Shown here in pieces: positions 8,826 through 17,897 of a DNA stretch of 64,000 nucleotides. Each line of letters begins with the position of its first letter. Positions within the stretch are counted from its first letter, which is position 1. A model generated the notes under the pieces. The model was given only the letters and a program-made list of their open reading frames with translations, was not told where the DNA came from and did no database searches. Location: the NCBI GenBank assembly GCA_944320135.1, contig CALUGI010000010.1, positions 3,662-67,661 of the forward strand, given 5' to 3'. This stretch comes from an uncultured Phocaeicola sp. Its GTDB lineage: Bacteria; Bacteroidota; Bacteroidia; Bacteroidales; Bacteroidaceae. A program made the translations under genes and the position numbers.

Positions 8826-9389
8826 TTAATCTTTTAACGCAACCCCATCCTTAAAGGCATTGCCCACCCGTTCGCCGACAAGCAGATAGCCGTTATGAAC
8901 CGGATCGAACGAAACGGGACGCAATTTGCCCGGATCAATCTTTCCCTTTTCGTCCAATATGCTCTCATCCGCAGACACATTAACGATTCTCCCCACCAAA
9001 TGGCAGGTCGCCGGGTCGTAAGATACCAGCTCGCATTCCAAGGCCATCGGCAATTCTTCAATGAGAGGCGCTTTCACGAACTCTGATTTTACGGCATGAA
9101 AACCGGTCTTTGCAAACTTGTCCGGCACATCGTTTCCCGACACGATGCCCACATAATCGCACGCCGCCAACCGGTCTGCCGTAGCCATGCTCACGGTGAA
9201 AGCCTTGGTTGCCAACAGGTTTCCAACCGTCTTGTGGCCCGCGCTCAAACACAGGTTGATTCGGTCGTCATAGTCTATGCCTCCCCAAGCGGCATTCATG
9301 GCATCGGGGACTCCCTGCTCGTCGTAAGTGGCGACAATGAATACGGGCTGCGGATATGTCCACGGCTTTGCTCCAAAATTCTTTCTCAT
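8826..9389 (-). CDS. Flavin reductase-like (FMN-binding split-barrel) protein
   Basis: 187 aa. The N-terminus KPWTYPQPVFIVATYDEQGVPDAMNAAWGGI resembles flavoredoxin/flavin reductase family proteins. Confidence 0.7.
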   Translation of the reverse strand: MRKNFGAKPWTYPQPVFIVATYDEQGVPDAMNAAWGGIDYDDRINLCLSAGHKTVGNLLATKAFTVSMATADRLAACDYVGIVSGNDVPDKFAKTGFHAVKSEFVKAPLIEELPMALECELVSYDPATCHLVGRIVNVSADESILDEKGKIDPGKLRPVSFDPVHNGYLLVGERVGNAFKDGVALKD

Positions 9390-9572
9390 AAGTTTTCCTC
9401 CTGACTTTAGGTTCTACAAATCATTCAGCTTCAAATTCCACGAAAAGCCTTGCATGGCTTCACAACAAATATACGCAAAAAAACATTTCCCGGAGCGTCC
9501 CGGCTCCATTTCTCGCGTTTTTGCCTCCAAACTCCCCCGCCTTGCGCGAAAATCCGGCGGGAAACGCACGAG

Positions 9573-9614
9573 AACGTCCCGGCATTTAAATTAAAACGCC
9601 GGGACGTTTTTTTT
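9573..9614 (+). terminator. Intrinsic terminator-like hairpin plus T8, plus-strand only, with no plus-strand gene upstream
   Basis: aacgtcccggc (9573-9583) pairs with gccgggacgtt (9598-9608), followed by a T-run at 9607-9614. The nearest upstream gene is on the minus strand. Confidence 0.6.
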
Positions 9615-9629
9615 CTATACCGAAATTTA

Positions 9630-9637
9630 TAACTTTG
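9630..9637 (+). promoter_or_regulatory. -7 promoter box upstream of cysS
   Basis: TAACTTTG is a perfect TAnnTTTG match, 23 nt before ATG 9660. Confidence 0.5.
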
Positions 9638-9659
9638 CGCACCTAAACCATTTACGACT

Positions 9660-11141
9660 ATGGAGACTGGCAAACTGATTGTTTACAATACTTTGACCCG
9701 CAAAAAGGAACCGTTCGTTCCTTTGCACGCCCCCCACGTGGGGATGTATGTGTGCGGCCCGACCGTGTACGGCGACGCGCATTTAGGACATGCCCGCCCG
9801 GCCATCACTTTCGACATCCTTTTCCGCTACCTGAAACACTTGGGCTACAAGGTGCGCTACGTGCGCAACATCACCGACGTAGGCCATCTGGAGCATGACG
9901 CTGACGAGGGAGAAGACAAAATCGCGAAGAAAGCCCGTCTGGAACAGCTGGAGCCGATGGAGGTAGTGCAGCACTACCTGCTCCGCTACCACAAGGCGAT
10001 GGAAGCCTTGAACGTGCTTCCGCCGAGCATTGAACCGCACGCATCGGGGCACATCATCGAACAAATCAAGCTGGTTGAGGAAATCCTGAAGAACGGATAC
10101 GCCTACGTAAGCCAAGGATCGGTGTACTTTGACGTGGAGAAGTACAACAAAGACCACCATTACGGTGCGCTTTCGGGACGAAATCTGGACGACGTGCTGA
10201 ACACGACCCGCGCATTGGACGGACAAGAAGAAAAGCGTAACCCCGCAGACTTCGCCCTCTGGAAGTGCGCACAGCCCGAACACATCATGCGATGGCCGTC
10301 GCCTTGGAGCGACGGTTTCCCCGGATGGCATTGCGAATGCACGGCAATGGGCCGCAAATATTTAGGCGAAACGTTCGACATACACGGAGGGGGAATGGAC
10401 CTGATATTTCCGCACCATGAATGCGAAATCGCCCAAGCCGTAGCTTCCGAAGGACATCCGATGGTGCGCTACTGGATGCACAACAACATGATTACCATCA
10501 ACGGGCAGAAGATGGGCAAGTCGCTGGGCAACTTCATCACGCTGGACGAGTTCTTCGCCGGATCCAACAAGCTGCTCTCGCAGGCATATTCGCCGATGAC
10601 TATCCGTTTCTTCATCCTTCAGGCCCATTACCGCAGCACGGTCGACTTCAGCAACGAGGCATTGCAGGCCGCAGAAAAGGGATTGGAGCGCCTGATGGAA
10701 GGCTTCAAGAACTTGGAACGCATCACTCCGTCCAAAGCTACTTCGGGCATCGAGCCGGCAGGTCTGCGCGAAAGATGCTACGAAGCGATGAACGACGACC
10801 TGAACACGCCGATTGTCATCTCGCATCTTTTCGAGGCCACCCGCATGATCAATACGGTCATCGACAAGAAAGCGACCGTCAGCGCAGACGACTTGGAGGA
10901 ACTGAAAAGCGCGTTCCGCTTGTTCGCTTTCGACATTCTCGGTCTGAAGGCCGAAACCGAAAACAACGAGGCTCGCGAAGAAGCGTTCGGAAAGGTGGTC
11001 GACATGTTGCTCGAACAGCGCATGAAGGCAAAAGCCGAAAAAGACTGGGCCACCAGCGACAAAATCCGCGACAATCTGGCCGCTTTGGGCTTTGAGGTGA
11101 AGGATACGAAAGACGGATTCACCTGGCGGCTGAACAAATAA
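9660..11141 (+). CDS. cysS: Cysteine--tRNA ligase
   Basis: 493 aa with a HIGH-type motif (HLGHARP), KMGKS (KMSKS) motif, CGPTVYD, and WPGWHCEC zinc ligands. Confidence 0.95.
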   Translation: METGKLIVYNTLTRKKEPFVPLHAPHVGMYVCGPTVYGDAHLGHARPAITFDILFRYLKHLGYKVRYVRNITDVGHLEHDADEGEDKIAKKARLEQLEPMEVVQHYLLRYHKAMEALNVLPPSIEPHASGHIIEQIKLVEEILKNGYAYVSQGSVYFDVEKYNKDHHYGALSGRNLDDVLNTTRALDGQEEKRNPADFALWKCAQPEHIMRWPSPWSDGFPGWHCECTAMGRKYLGETFDIHGGGMDLIFPHHECEIAQAVASEGHPMVRYWMHNNMITINGQKMGKSLGNFITLDEFFAGSNKLLSQAYSPMTIRFFILQAHYRSTVDFSNEALQAAEKGLERLMEGFKNLERITPSKATSGIEPAGLRERCYEAMNDDLNTPIVISHLFEATRMINTVIDKKATVSADDLEELKSAFRLFAFDILGLKAETENNEAREEAFGKVVDMLLEQRMKAKAEKDWATSDKIRDNLAALGFEVKDTKDGFTWRLNK

Positions 11142-11165
11142 GAACAAATCTCATTGTCTATAGCA

Positions 11166-11198
11166 GGGGCATGTCCACGCGGGCATGCCCCCTTTTTT
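11166..11198 (+). terminator. Intrinsic terminator after cysS
   Basis: ggggcatg (11166-11173) pairs with catgcccc (11184-11191), followed by T6. Confidence 0.7.
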
Positions 11199-11472
11199 AT
11201 TGCCCGCCGCGTTCATCGGAAAACTCCGCCGCCTTTACAGGAAAAGGCCGGGGCGAAATGCGGACATGGGCAGTCTGCCTCTATGCCTCCCGGCACCTCA
11301 GCTGCCGAATCGCACGAAACAAAATCCAAAAGCCGAAAAATCAACCGAAAAACTTGGCGGTATTATTAAATTAATCACCTTTGCAATTACAAAAACCCCT
11401 TTAATTAACATATAATAGCTAAACGACTATGAGAACCAAACATGGCCTCTTGGCGGCAATCCTGGCCGCAAC
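11199..11472 (+). repeat. Conserved non-coding 5' module, copy 1, extending 44 nt into the CDS
   Basis: Shares ordered blocks with copies 2 and 3: attgcccgccgcgttc..cggaaaac, ccgccgcc.tt.c.ggaaaaggccgggg.gaaatg, and aaaaacttg...ctttgcaatta.aa.aacccctttaattaacatataatagctaaacgactATGAGAAC. Positions 11347-11472 are 126/126 identical to 15396-15521. Confidence 0.9.
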
Positions 11473-13444
11473 CGCATTTTCATGCAGCGACAATTACGAC
11501 AGCGCACTGTGGGAAACGGTAAACGAACACGCCGAACGCATAGAAGCGCTCGAATCATGGCAAAAGGAAATGGAATCCAACCTCATCGCATTGCAGCAGC
11601 TGGTCAGCACGCACGACTACATCACTTCAGTAGAAACCGTCGTGGAAGAAGGAAAAGAAATAGGATACACCATCCGGTTCGGCAATGCGGAACCGATTAC
11701 AATCTACAACGGAACATCGGCGCAGATGAGCGTCACCAAAGGAAACGACGGACAGTGGTACTGGACGCTGGACGGAGAAACGCTGACCGACGAGGACGGC
11801 AGTCCGGTTCCGGCAAACGGGGTCACGCCGCAAACGGCAAACGGAACAGAACTGGCGGAACAAGGAGTTTCCAACGACGCTGAAGGAAACCCCATTTCGC
11901 CGGAAGCGGTTTACGTAAGCGTGGACGAAGGGAACAGATGGCATCCGGTGGCAGAAGGCGGGAGCATCTTCCAGAGCGTGGACACGACAAACGAAGATTT
12001 CGTCATCTTCGTCTTGAACGACGGGAAGGGCACGCAGATAGTCATCCCAAGAGCGGACGCCTCGTTGACGTTTGAATTGGGAGGAAATGCCCTGACAGAC
12101 CTGACCGAACCCATCGATTTGGCCGAAGGGAGCCTGACGTACACCGCGCCGGAAGGCATGGAAGTTGCAGTCCGCGTCCTTGAAGGCGAGGGATGGACGG
12201 CAAGAGCGGAAAACGGAACGGTTGAAACCGCCCCCGGAAGCATCGGCGGAAAAGCGCTCTTGGAGGTAACCCTCACGGAAAACGGAAGAGTAGTCGAAAT
12301 ATACCGTCTGACAGTAACGCAAAGCGGGCTGAAAGGAAGCGGAAGCAAGAACGACCCGTATACGGTTTCATCGGCAGGAGAGCTGGCATACATCGCGGAA
12401 CAAGTGAACAACAGCGCGGAAGAATATCCTTATTACCGCAAATATGTCCAACTGACTCAGGACATTGACCTGACAGGAATCGACTGGACTCCGATAGGAG
12501 CCTACGACGGATGGGGGCAATACCCGTCATTCTGCGGAACATTCGACGGGAACAACCATACGATAAAAGGCTTGAAAATACAGAAAAGCGCCGACACTGA
12601 AATGGCACAAGGGCTTTTCGGCTCCGTCAATTCCGGCACAATAAAGAATCTGACGCTGGAATCTCCTGTCGTGGAAGCCGGCAATTACGTAGGAGCCGTT
12701 GCAGGCACAATATGGTTTGCCGCAATAGAAAATTGCCACGTGACGAACGGAACCGTTTCAGGCACGAATACAACCGGAGCTGTCACGGCAACAAATTACG
12801 GAGGCAACATATCCGATTGCAGCGTAGAGTCGACAACCGTGACGACAGAAGGCTATGGAGGCGGCATTGCGGGAGATGTCAATGACGAATACGGGCCTGC
12901 TTCCATCACAGCCTGCCGCTTTTCAGGAACCGTAGCAACGAAAAGCGGTTCAAGTTCGATTGGAGGCATAGCCGGTTATACCAATGGAACGGATTCTTCC
13001 ATCGAGGCTTGCTATGCAAACTGCACGCTGCAAGTGCCGTCCGGGCTGGAAACTTGGGAAAATTTCGTCAAAGCAGGCGGAATAGTCGGCCTCCCTTATG
13101 GCAGCATAACGGCTTGCTATGCCATAACAGAGCTTGAAGGAACGGCGAAAGTGGCCGGCGGTGCAGTCGGATACCAAGTGACGGAAGGCACTTTCGGCGA
13201 CCCGATTGACAGCGAGGTCAACGCCTGCTACTGGAGCAGTGCCGACATTGCCTATGGCATAGGCGGAAAAGGCAAGTCGGGCAGCCCGTCATCCAATGGA
13301 GCTACCGATGAAAATGCAACCAAAGTAACCGGCAACGACTGGTCTGCCGCAATGGCCGGAATGAATGCCGCCCTTGCCGGGACAGGCTGGCAATACGAAA
13401 CAGGCGCCGGCACCTTCCCCTTAGACATAAAGGCTGCAAACTGA
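11429..13444 (+). CDS. Surface lipoprotein P1: N-terminal coiled-coil/DUF4988-like domain, shared module, GLUG-like repeat domain
   Basis: 671 aa with lipobox AFSC. The N-terminus reads HAERIEALESWQKEMESNLIALQQLVSTHDYITSV...DGQWYWTLDGETLTDEDG. The C-terminal half has repeated GLUG-type units (GLFGSVNSGTIKNLT, VGAVAG..IENCH, GGIAG..ITACRF, IGGIAG..IEACY, AGGIVG..ITACY). Confidence 0.7.
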   Translation: MRTKHGLLAAILAATAFSCSDNYDSALWETVNEHAERIEALESWQKEMESNLIALQQLVSTHDYITSVETVVEEGKEIGYTIRFGNAEPITIYNGTSAQMSVTKGNDGQWYWTLDGETLTDEDGSPVPANGVTPQTANGTELAEQGVSNDAEGNPISPEAVYVSVDEGNRWHPVAEGGSIFQSVDTTNEDFVIFVLNDGKGTQIVIPRADASLTFELGGNALTDLTEPIDLAEGSLTYTAPEGMEVAVRVLEGEGWTARAENGTVETAPGSIGGKALLEVTLTENGRVVEIYRLTVTQSGLKGSGSKNDPYTVSSAGELAYIAEQVNNSAEEYPYYRKYVQLTQDIDLTGIDWTPIGAYDGWGQYPSFCGTFDGNNHTIKGLKIQKSADTEMAQGLFGSVNSGTIKNLTLESPVVEAGNYVGAVAGTIWFAAIENCHVTNGTVSGTNTTGAVTATNYGGNISDCSVESTTVTTEGYGGGIAGDVNDEYGPASITACRFSGTVATKSGSSSIGGIAGYTNGTDSSIEACYANCTLQVPSGLETWENFVKAGGIVGLPYGSITACYAITELEGTAKVAGGAVGYQVTEGTFGDPIDSEVNACYWSSADIAYGIGGKGKSGSPSSNGATDENATKVTGNDWSAAMAGMNAALAGTGWQYETGAGTFPLDIKAAN

Positions 13445-13474
13445 GCAGAGCCGTTACCTGCATAAAATACACAA

Positions 13475-13515
13475 GAGGCCGTTTCAAGAAAAACTTGAGG
13501 CGGCCTCCGTTTTTT
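13475..13515 (+). terminator. Intrinsic terminator after P1
   Basis: gaggccgtttcaag pairs imperfectly with cttgaggcggcctc, followed by T5. Confidence 0.65.
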
Positions 13516-13746
13516 ATCGCCCGCCGCGTTCGCCGGAAAACGCCGCCGCCATTCCGGAAAAGGCCGGGGAGAAATGCAGACATGCCCGTGAAAAATAGGC
13601 CGAAATCCGAAAAAACAAAAGAAAAACTTGCCCATGTTATTAAACCAACTATCTTTGCAATTATAAGAACCCCTTTAATTAACATATAATAGCTAAACGA
13701 CTATGAGAACTAAACATTACCTCTTGGCGGCAATCTTAGCCGCAAC
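13516..13746 (+). repeat. Conserved non-coding 5' module, copy 2
   Basis: Same ordered blocks as copies 1 and 3. It contains a perfect -7 box, TATCTTTG, at 13650-13657. Confidence 0.85.
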
Positions 13747-15211
13747 CGTCTTATCATGCAGCGAGGATTATGAAATTCCGCAACCGACGGAAGACGAAAA
13801 CACCGAATCCACAAACGAACCCGCCGAAACCACGGACAAACTGACACTTGTGTGGAAAGGCCAGCCACTCACCGACCTGACCGGAATTTTGGACTTGGTT
13901 GAAGGAAGCCTGACATATACCGCACCGGAAGGCACCGAAGTGTCCGCAAGAATCCTCGAAGGGGAAGGATGGGCTGCAGACGCTGCGGACGGAGCGATTG
14001 CGGTTATCCCCGGAAGCATCGGCGAAGATGCGCTCTTAGAGGTCGCGCTCATGGAAAACGGGAAGGTAATCGAAACTTATCGCCTGACCGTGACACAAAG
14101 CGGACTGAGGGGAAGCGGAGACGAAAGCGACCCGCATCTGATTTCATCGGCAACGGAACTGGCGTACATCGCGGAACAAGTGAACAAAAGCACAGAACAA
14201 TGGCCATATAACGGCAAGCACATCCGGCTGACACGGGACATCGACCTGACAGAAGTTGACTGGACACCGATAGGTTATTACTGGGAAGGGACCCCGCCAG
14301 AGCTTGTGGTTATTCCATTTTGCGGAATCTTTGACGGCAACGGCCATACGATAAAAGGGCTGAACATGCAGAACAACAGCGACAATTCCGCACAAGCTCT
14401 TTTTGGAAGCATCAATTCCGGCACAATAAAGAACCTGACAATTGAGTCGCCGGACATCGAAGGAGGCGATTTCGTTGGAGCAATAGCCGGAGTTTTGTGG
14501 TATGGAACCATTGAGAACTGCCACGTAAAAGGCGGTTCGCTCACGAGCGACGCAAAGGCAGGCGGTATCGCTACAGCCCTTTTTGGGGGTGAAATAATAA
14601 ATTGCAGCGTTGAGGGGACAAACATCTCAGCGGGTTCACACGGCGGAGGCATCGTTTCACTCACAGAAGATTATGATATAACAAGTGTCACCGCTTGCCG
14701 TTTCAACGGCACATTGACCGCCGACGAAATGGCAGGCGGCATTGTGGCTTTATTATACAAGTATAATTACGAAGTATCGGTTCGAGGCTGCTATTCAAGC
14801 GGAAGCATAAGCGGATACCAGAGGGGCGATTCTAACAATTCTTATATTCCAAGCGGCGGAATTGTCGGCAGGTTAGAAAGCGGCGAAGTTTCCGCCTGCT
14901 ATTCAACGGCGGAAGTCTCAGGGAAAGGGACGAACGGCGGAGTGGTTGGCCTATGGGTGAGCGAGAGCGCTTATGGCGAAGGCTCGGTTGAAGAATGTTA
15001 TTGGAGCAGCGCAAGCGGCGGGATGTACGGCATCGGAGCAAAAGGGGGGAACTCTGCAACCACGGGAGCAACCAATGACAATGCCGCTCAAGTGACCGGC
15101 AACGACTGGTCTGCTGCAATGGCCGGGATGAACGCCGCCCTCATTGGAGCAGGCTGGCAATACGAAACGGGCACGGAAGCATTCCCCTTGGAGATAAAGC
15201 CCGCAAACTGA
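13703..15211 (+). CDS. Surface lipoprotein P2 (GLUG-like repeats), paralog of P1 and P3
   Basis: 502 aa with lipobox VLSC. An acidic linker (EDYEIPQPTEDENTESTNEPAETTDK) is followed by the shared LTYTAPEG..RLTVTQSGLRGSG module and GLUG units. The C-terminal tail VTGNDWSAAMAGMNAALIGAGWQYETG matches P1. Confidence 0.7.
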   Translation: MRTKHYLLAAILAATVLSCSEDYEIPQPTEDENTESTNEPAETTDKLTLVWKGQPLTDLTGILDLVEGSLTYTAPEGTEVSARILEGEGWAADAADGAIAVIPGSIGEDALLEVALMENGKVIETYRLTVTQSGLRGSGDESDPHLISSATELAYIAEQVNKSTEQWPYNGKHIRLTRDIDLTEVDWTPIGYYWEGTPPELVVIPFCGIFDGNGHTIKGLNMQNNSDNSAQALFGSINSGTIKNLTIESPDIEGGDFVGAIAGVLWYGTIENCHVKGGSLTSDAKAGGIATALFGGEIINCSVEGTNISAGSHGGGIVSLTEDYDITSVTACRFNGTLTADEMAGGIVALLYKYNYEVSVRGCYSSGSISGYQRGDSNNSYIPSGGIVGRLESGEVSACYSTAEVSGKGTNGGVVGLWVSESAYGEGSVEECYWSSASGGMYGIGAKGGNSATTGATNDNAAQVTGNDWSAAMAGMNAALIGAGWQYETGTEAFPLEIKPAN

Positions 15212-15231
15212 TTGGGCTTCTGACAATACGG

Positions 15232-15269
15232 AAGGCTGTCTCAAGATTAAAATTGAGGCAGCCTTTTTT
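15232..15269 (+). terminator. Intrinsic terminator after P2
   Basis: aaggctgtctcaa (15232-15244) pairs with ttgaggcagcctt (15253-15265), followed by a T-run. Confidence 0.75.
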
Positions 15270-15521
15270 ATTGCCTGCCACCCGTCGCAGACACGCCGCC
15301 GTATTTCATGGAAAAATCCGCCGCCATTCCGGAAAAGGCCGGGGCGAAATGTGATATGCTCGCGAAAAAACATATCGAAGCCCGAAAATCAAGAGGAAAA
15401 ACTTGGCGGTATTATTAAATTAATCACCTTTGCAATTACAAAAACCCCTTTAATTAACATATAATAGCTAAACGACTATGAGAACCAAACATGGCCTCTT
15501 GGCGGCAATCCTGGCCGCAAC
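15270..15521 (+). repeat. Conserved non-coding 5' module, copy 3
   Basis: Positions 15396-15521 are identical to 11347-11472. The block ccgccgccattccggaaaaggccgggg is identical to copy 2. Confidence 0.9.
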
Positions 15522-16974
15522 GTCTTTTTCGTGCAGCGAAGACTACGAAATCCCGCAACCGGAAGACGAAAAGACCGAATCCACAAACGAACCTGCCGAA
15601 ACCACGGACAAACTGACGCTTGTGTGGAAAGGCCAGCCACTCACCGACTTTACCAAAGCCTTGGACATGGCTGAAGGCGATTTGACGTACACCGCGCCGG
15701 AAGGCACCGAAGTATCCGCACGAATCCTTGAAGGAGAAGGATGGACCGCAAGCGCAAACAACGGGACGATTGACGTATTTCCTGCAAAGTTGGGCGAAAG
15801 CGCCTGGTTGGAAGTGACACTTGCTGAAAACGGAGAAGCAATCGAAACCTGCCGCCTGACCGTGACGCAAAGCGGACTGAAGGGAAGCGGAGACGAAAGC
15901 GACCCGCATCCGGTTTCTTCAGCGGCGGAACTGATTTATGCATCGGAACAGACTTATTTAGGAGAGACCTTTGCTGACGCTTGCTTCGAACTGACAAGAG
16001 ACATTGACTTGACCGGCACCGACTTCAAGCAGTTCTACACATTTAACGGGACATTGGACGGGAAAGGACATACTATCAACGGTTTCTATATCGAGGATAT
16101 TGCGAAATACACTCACCTGGGAATGTTCAGGCAAATGAATGGAACCATTAAAAACCTGAACGTGGAAGGAACGGTTCATAAAGTGAGCAAAGCTGCTAAC
16201 CAGACAGGCAGCATTCATGCCATAGGCGGAATAGTCGGCATAAGCAACGGCATTGTTGAAAACTGCACTTTCAAAGGAAGCGTCATCAGCGACGTGAATG
16301 ACGCATTGGATTGTATAGGCGGTGTTGCAGGCTACGTCCAAAACGGCGGCATGGTAAAAGGATGTGCATATCTGGCGTCTGCCGACGGAAGAATCGACGT
16401 AGCAAGAGCGCAAACCACCGGAGGGGTCGTTGGCATGTGCCATGAGAACTCTTACACGATAGGCTGCTTCAATACGGGACACATCAACTATAAACACACA
16501 GAAGGCTCTTTGGGAGGTGTAATCGGAATCGTTTACCGCACTTATGCCGTAGCATGTTATCACTCAGGAACAATCACTGCTCCGGAAGGAGCCGATATGT
16601 GCGCAGGCGTAGTGGGCAACAATGCGTTCGACACAGGCGATGTCACCGCTTGCTACAGCGCAATCGATTCACAAACAAGCCAGAATGTCTTTTTGATTGG
16701 AGGTACTGGGGTCACGACGGAAGAAGCAACCGCCAAATTCAAAGCCTGCTATTGGCTGAATATAGAAGGGCGCAGCGCATTTGGTCCCGATATCACACCA
16801 AACGTTTGCATCGACTGTTCTGCCAAAACTGCCGAGGAATTGAAGAGCCAGGCAACGGTCGATGCCCTCAACGCAGCCGTCACCGAGTGGAACGCCCTGC
16901 ACGGCAACCTCTGCACATATCGGTTTGAAGCAGATGCGAACGGCGGCTATCCTGTCCTTGCCAACCAGAACTGA
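15478..16974 (+). CDS. Surface lipoprotein P3 (divergent GLUG-like repeats), paralog of P1 and P2
   Basis: 498 aa with lipobox SFSC. The N-terminal 45 nt are identical to P1, and the linker plus shared module are about 90% nt-identical to P2. The repeat domain is divergent (GMFRQMNGTIKNLNVEG, IGGIVG..VENCTF, IGGVAG, TGGVVG) and the C-terminal tail is unrelated (..WNALHGNLCTYRFEADANGGYPVLANQN). Confidence 0.65.
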   Translation: MRTKHGLLAAILAATSFSCSEDYEIPQPEDEKTESTNEPAETTDKLTLVWKGQPLTDFTKALDMAEGDLTYTAPEGTEVSARILEGEGWTASANNGTIDVFPAKLGESAWLEVTLAENGEAIETCRLTVTQSGLKGSGDESDPHPVSSAAELIYASEQTYLGETFADACFELTRDIDLTGTDFKQFYTFNGTLDGKGHTINGFYIEDIAKYTHLGMFRQMNGTIKNLNVEGTVHKVSKAANQTGSIHAIGGIVGISNGIVENCTFKGSVISDVNDALDCIGGVAGYVQNGGMVKGCAYLASADGRIDVARAQTTGGVVGMCHENSYTIGCFNTGHINYKHTEGSLGGVIGIVYRTYAVACYHSGTITAPEGADMCAGVVGNNAFDTGDVTACYSAIDSQTSQNVFLIGGTGVTTEEATAKFKACYWLNIEGRSAFGPDITPNVCIDCSAKTAEELKSQATVDALNAAVTEWNALHGNLCTYRFEADANGGYPVLANQN

Positions 16975-17010
16975 CTGCAAGGCTTCGAAATAAACAGCTT
17001 ATAACGAAGA

Positions 17011-17060
17011 AACTCGGATTTGGAACAGGCGTTATGTCCGTCTCAAATCCGAGTTCTTTT
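17011..17060. terminator. Bidirectional hairpin between convergent genes P3 and DUF3108
   Basis: aactcggatttg (17011-17022) pairs with caaatccgagtt (17044-17055), followed by cttttaa. Confidence 0.6.
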
Positions 17061-17081
17061 AATGCAAGAATAAAGTTTTCT

Positions 17082-17897
17082 TTATTTTTCTTCCTCTACA
17101 ATCGATGTCAGCGGATGGCGGTTGCCCTCGATATTCGTCAGGAAAGCCTTGGCCGAGCCGAAGTTCAGATACATGTCCAAACGGACGGGAAGATGGTTGC
17201 GGTCGTCGGTCACATAGAACGTGATGACTTCCTTTTCCTTGCCTTCGGCAGTATATTCCACTAACGAGAACACCAAGCAACGATACGTAACGTCGTTCTC
17301 CGACTTGAAGTTCTCCTTCCCCCGGTAGATAAGCGTCTGTTTCTCTATCGCCCGTCCTGTAGCCATCGAAAAGAGGATTTTCTGCCCCGGCTGGTAATCG
17401 GTCGGATCATACGAGCGCGCCTGGAGCAAAATGCTCAGCATGTCGTAGACACAAACGTCCATCTCGTCGTGTCGCTTGTCGGTATTGCCACGCAAAGTGC
17501 GCTGCTGGTCCACGATGCAAAGCCCGTTCTTATAACTGAAGTTCACCTCGTCCACCGCATAGCGTTTGCCCTCTTCCGCACCTTTCCGGAAGTAGACGGG
17601 CACCAAGTCCTTGGTCGTGATGCAAGTAAGCGTATCGCGCATCTTGAAGAAGAAGTCGATTTTCTTGTTCGTGTACGACTCCAAATCCGTTTTCAGGCAC
17701 GGGATTCCGTTGTAAGAGGCTTCATTCACGGTCATTTTGGCCCACCCCGCATTGATCCAGATGAACTTCCAGTTGAACTTCAGCTCATACGAGAGCGTTT
17801 CTCCCGGTTCGATAGCGTCATTGACCGCGCCGCATTGGGCTTTGGCTGCCACGCTCCCTATCAGGAGACAAAGGCAAAGAATCAGTTTTTTCGTCAT
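17082..17897 (-). CDS. DUF3108-like protein
   Basis: 271 aa with a signal peptide. The ETLSYELKFNWKFIWINAGWAKMTV pattern resembles DUF3108-family proteins. Its start overlaps the upstream stop in an ATGA arrangement (17894-17897). Confidence 0.6.
   Translation of the reverse strand: MTKKLILCLCLLIGSVAAKAQCGAVNDAIEPGETLSYELKFNWKFIWINAGWAKMTVNEASYNGIPCLKTDLESYTNKKIDFFFKMRDTLTCITTKDLVPVYFRKGAEEGKRYAVDEVNFSYKNGLCIVDQQRTLRGNTDKRHDEMDVCVYDMLSILLQARSYDPTDYQPGQKILFSMATGRAIEKQTLIYRGKENFKSENDVTYRCLVFSLVEYTAEGKEKEVITFYVTDDRNHLPVRLDMYLNFGSAKAFLTNIEGNRHPLTSIVEEEK

Noticed and set aside
9390-9659. A T-box or Cys-codon leader peptide controlling cysS.
   Set aside because: I see no T-box conserved sequence or specifier architecture. 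The small ORFs here have no tandem Cys codons. Only the hairpin observation is retained.
11154-11415. 60-76-aa ORFs inside the conserved modules upstream of the GLUG genes (11154-11369, 11185-11415, 13495-13689) that share peptide strings such as PPFFIARRV.RKTPPP and KRPGRNADM.
   Set aside because: The shared strings fall in different reading frames in copy 1 than in copy 2, and copy 3 has no equivalent ORF. The conservation is at nucleotide level, not coding.
11429-16974. A diversity-generating retroelement or inversion shufflon acting on the GLUG paralogs.
   Set aside because: There is no reverse transcriptase or template repeat in the window. Differences between paralogs are not adenine-specific. 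All shared segments are direct, not inverted, repeats.
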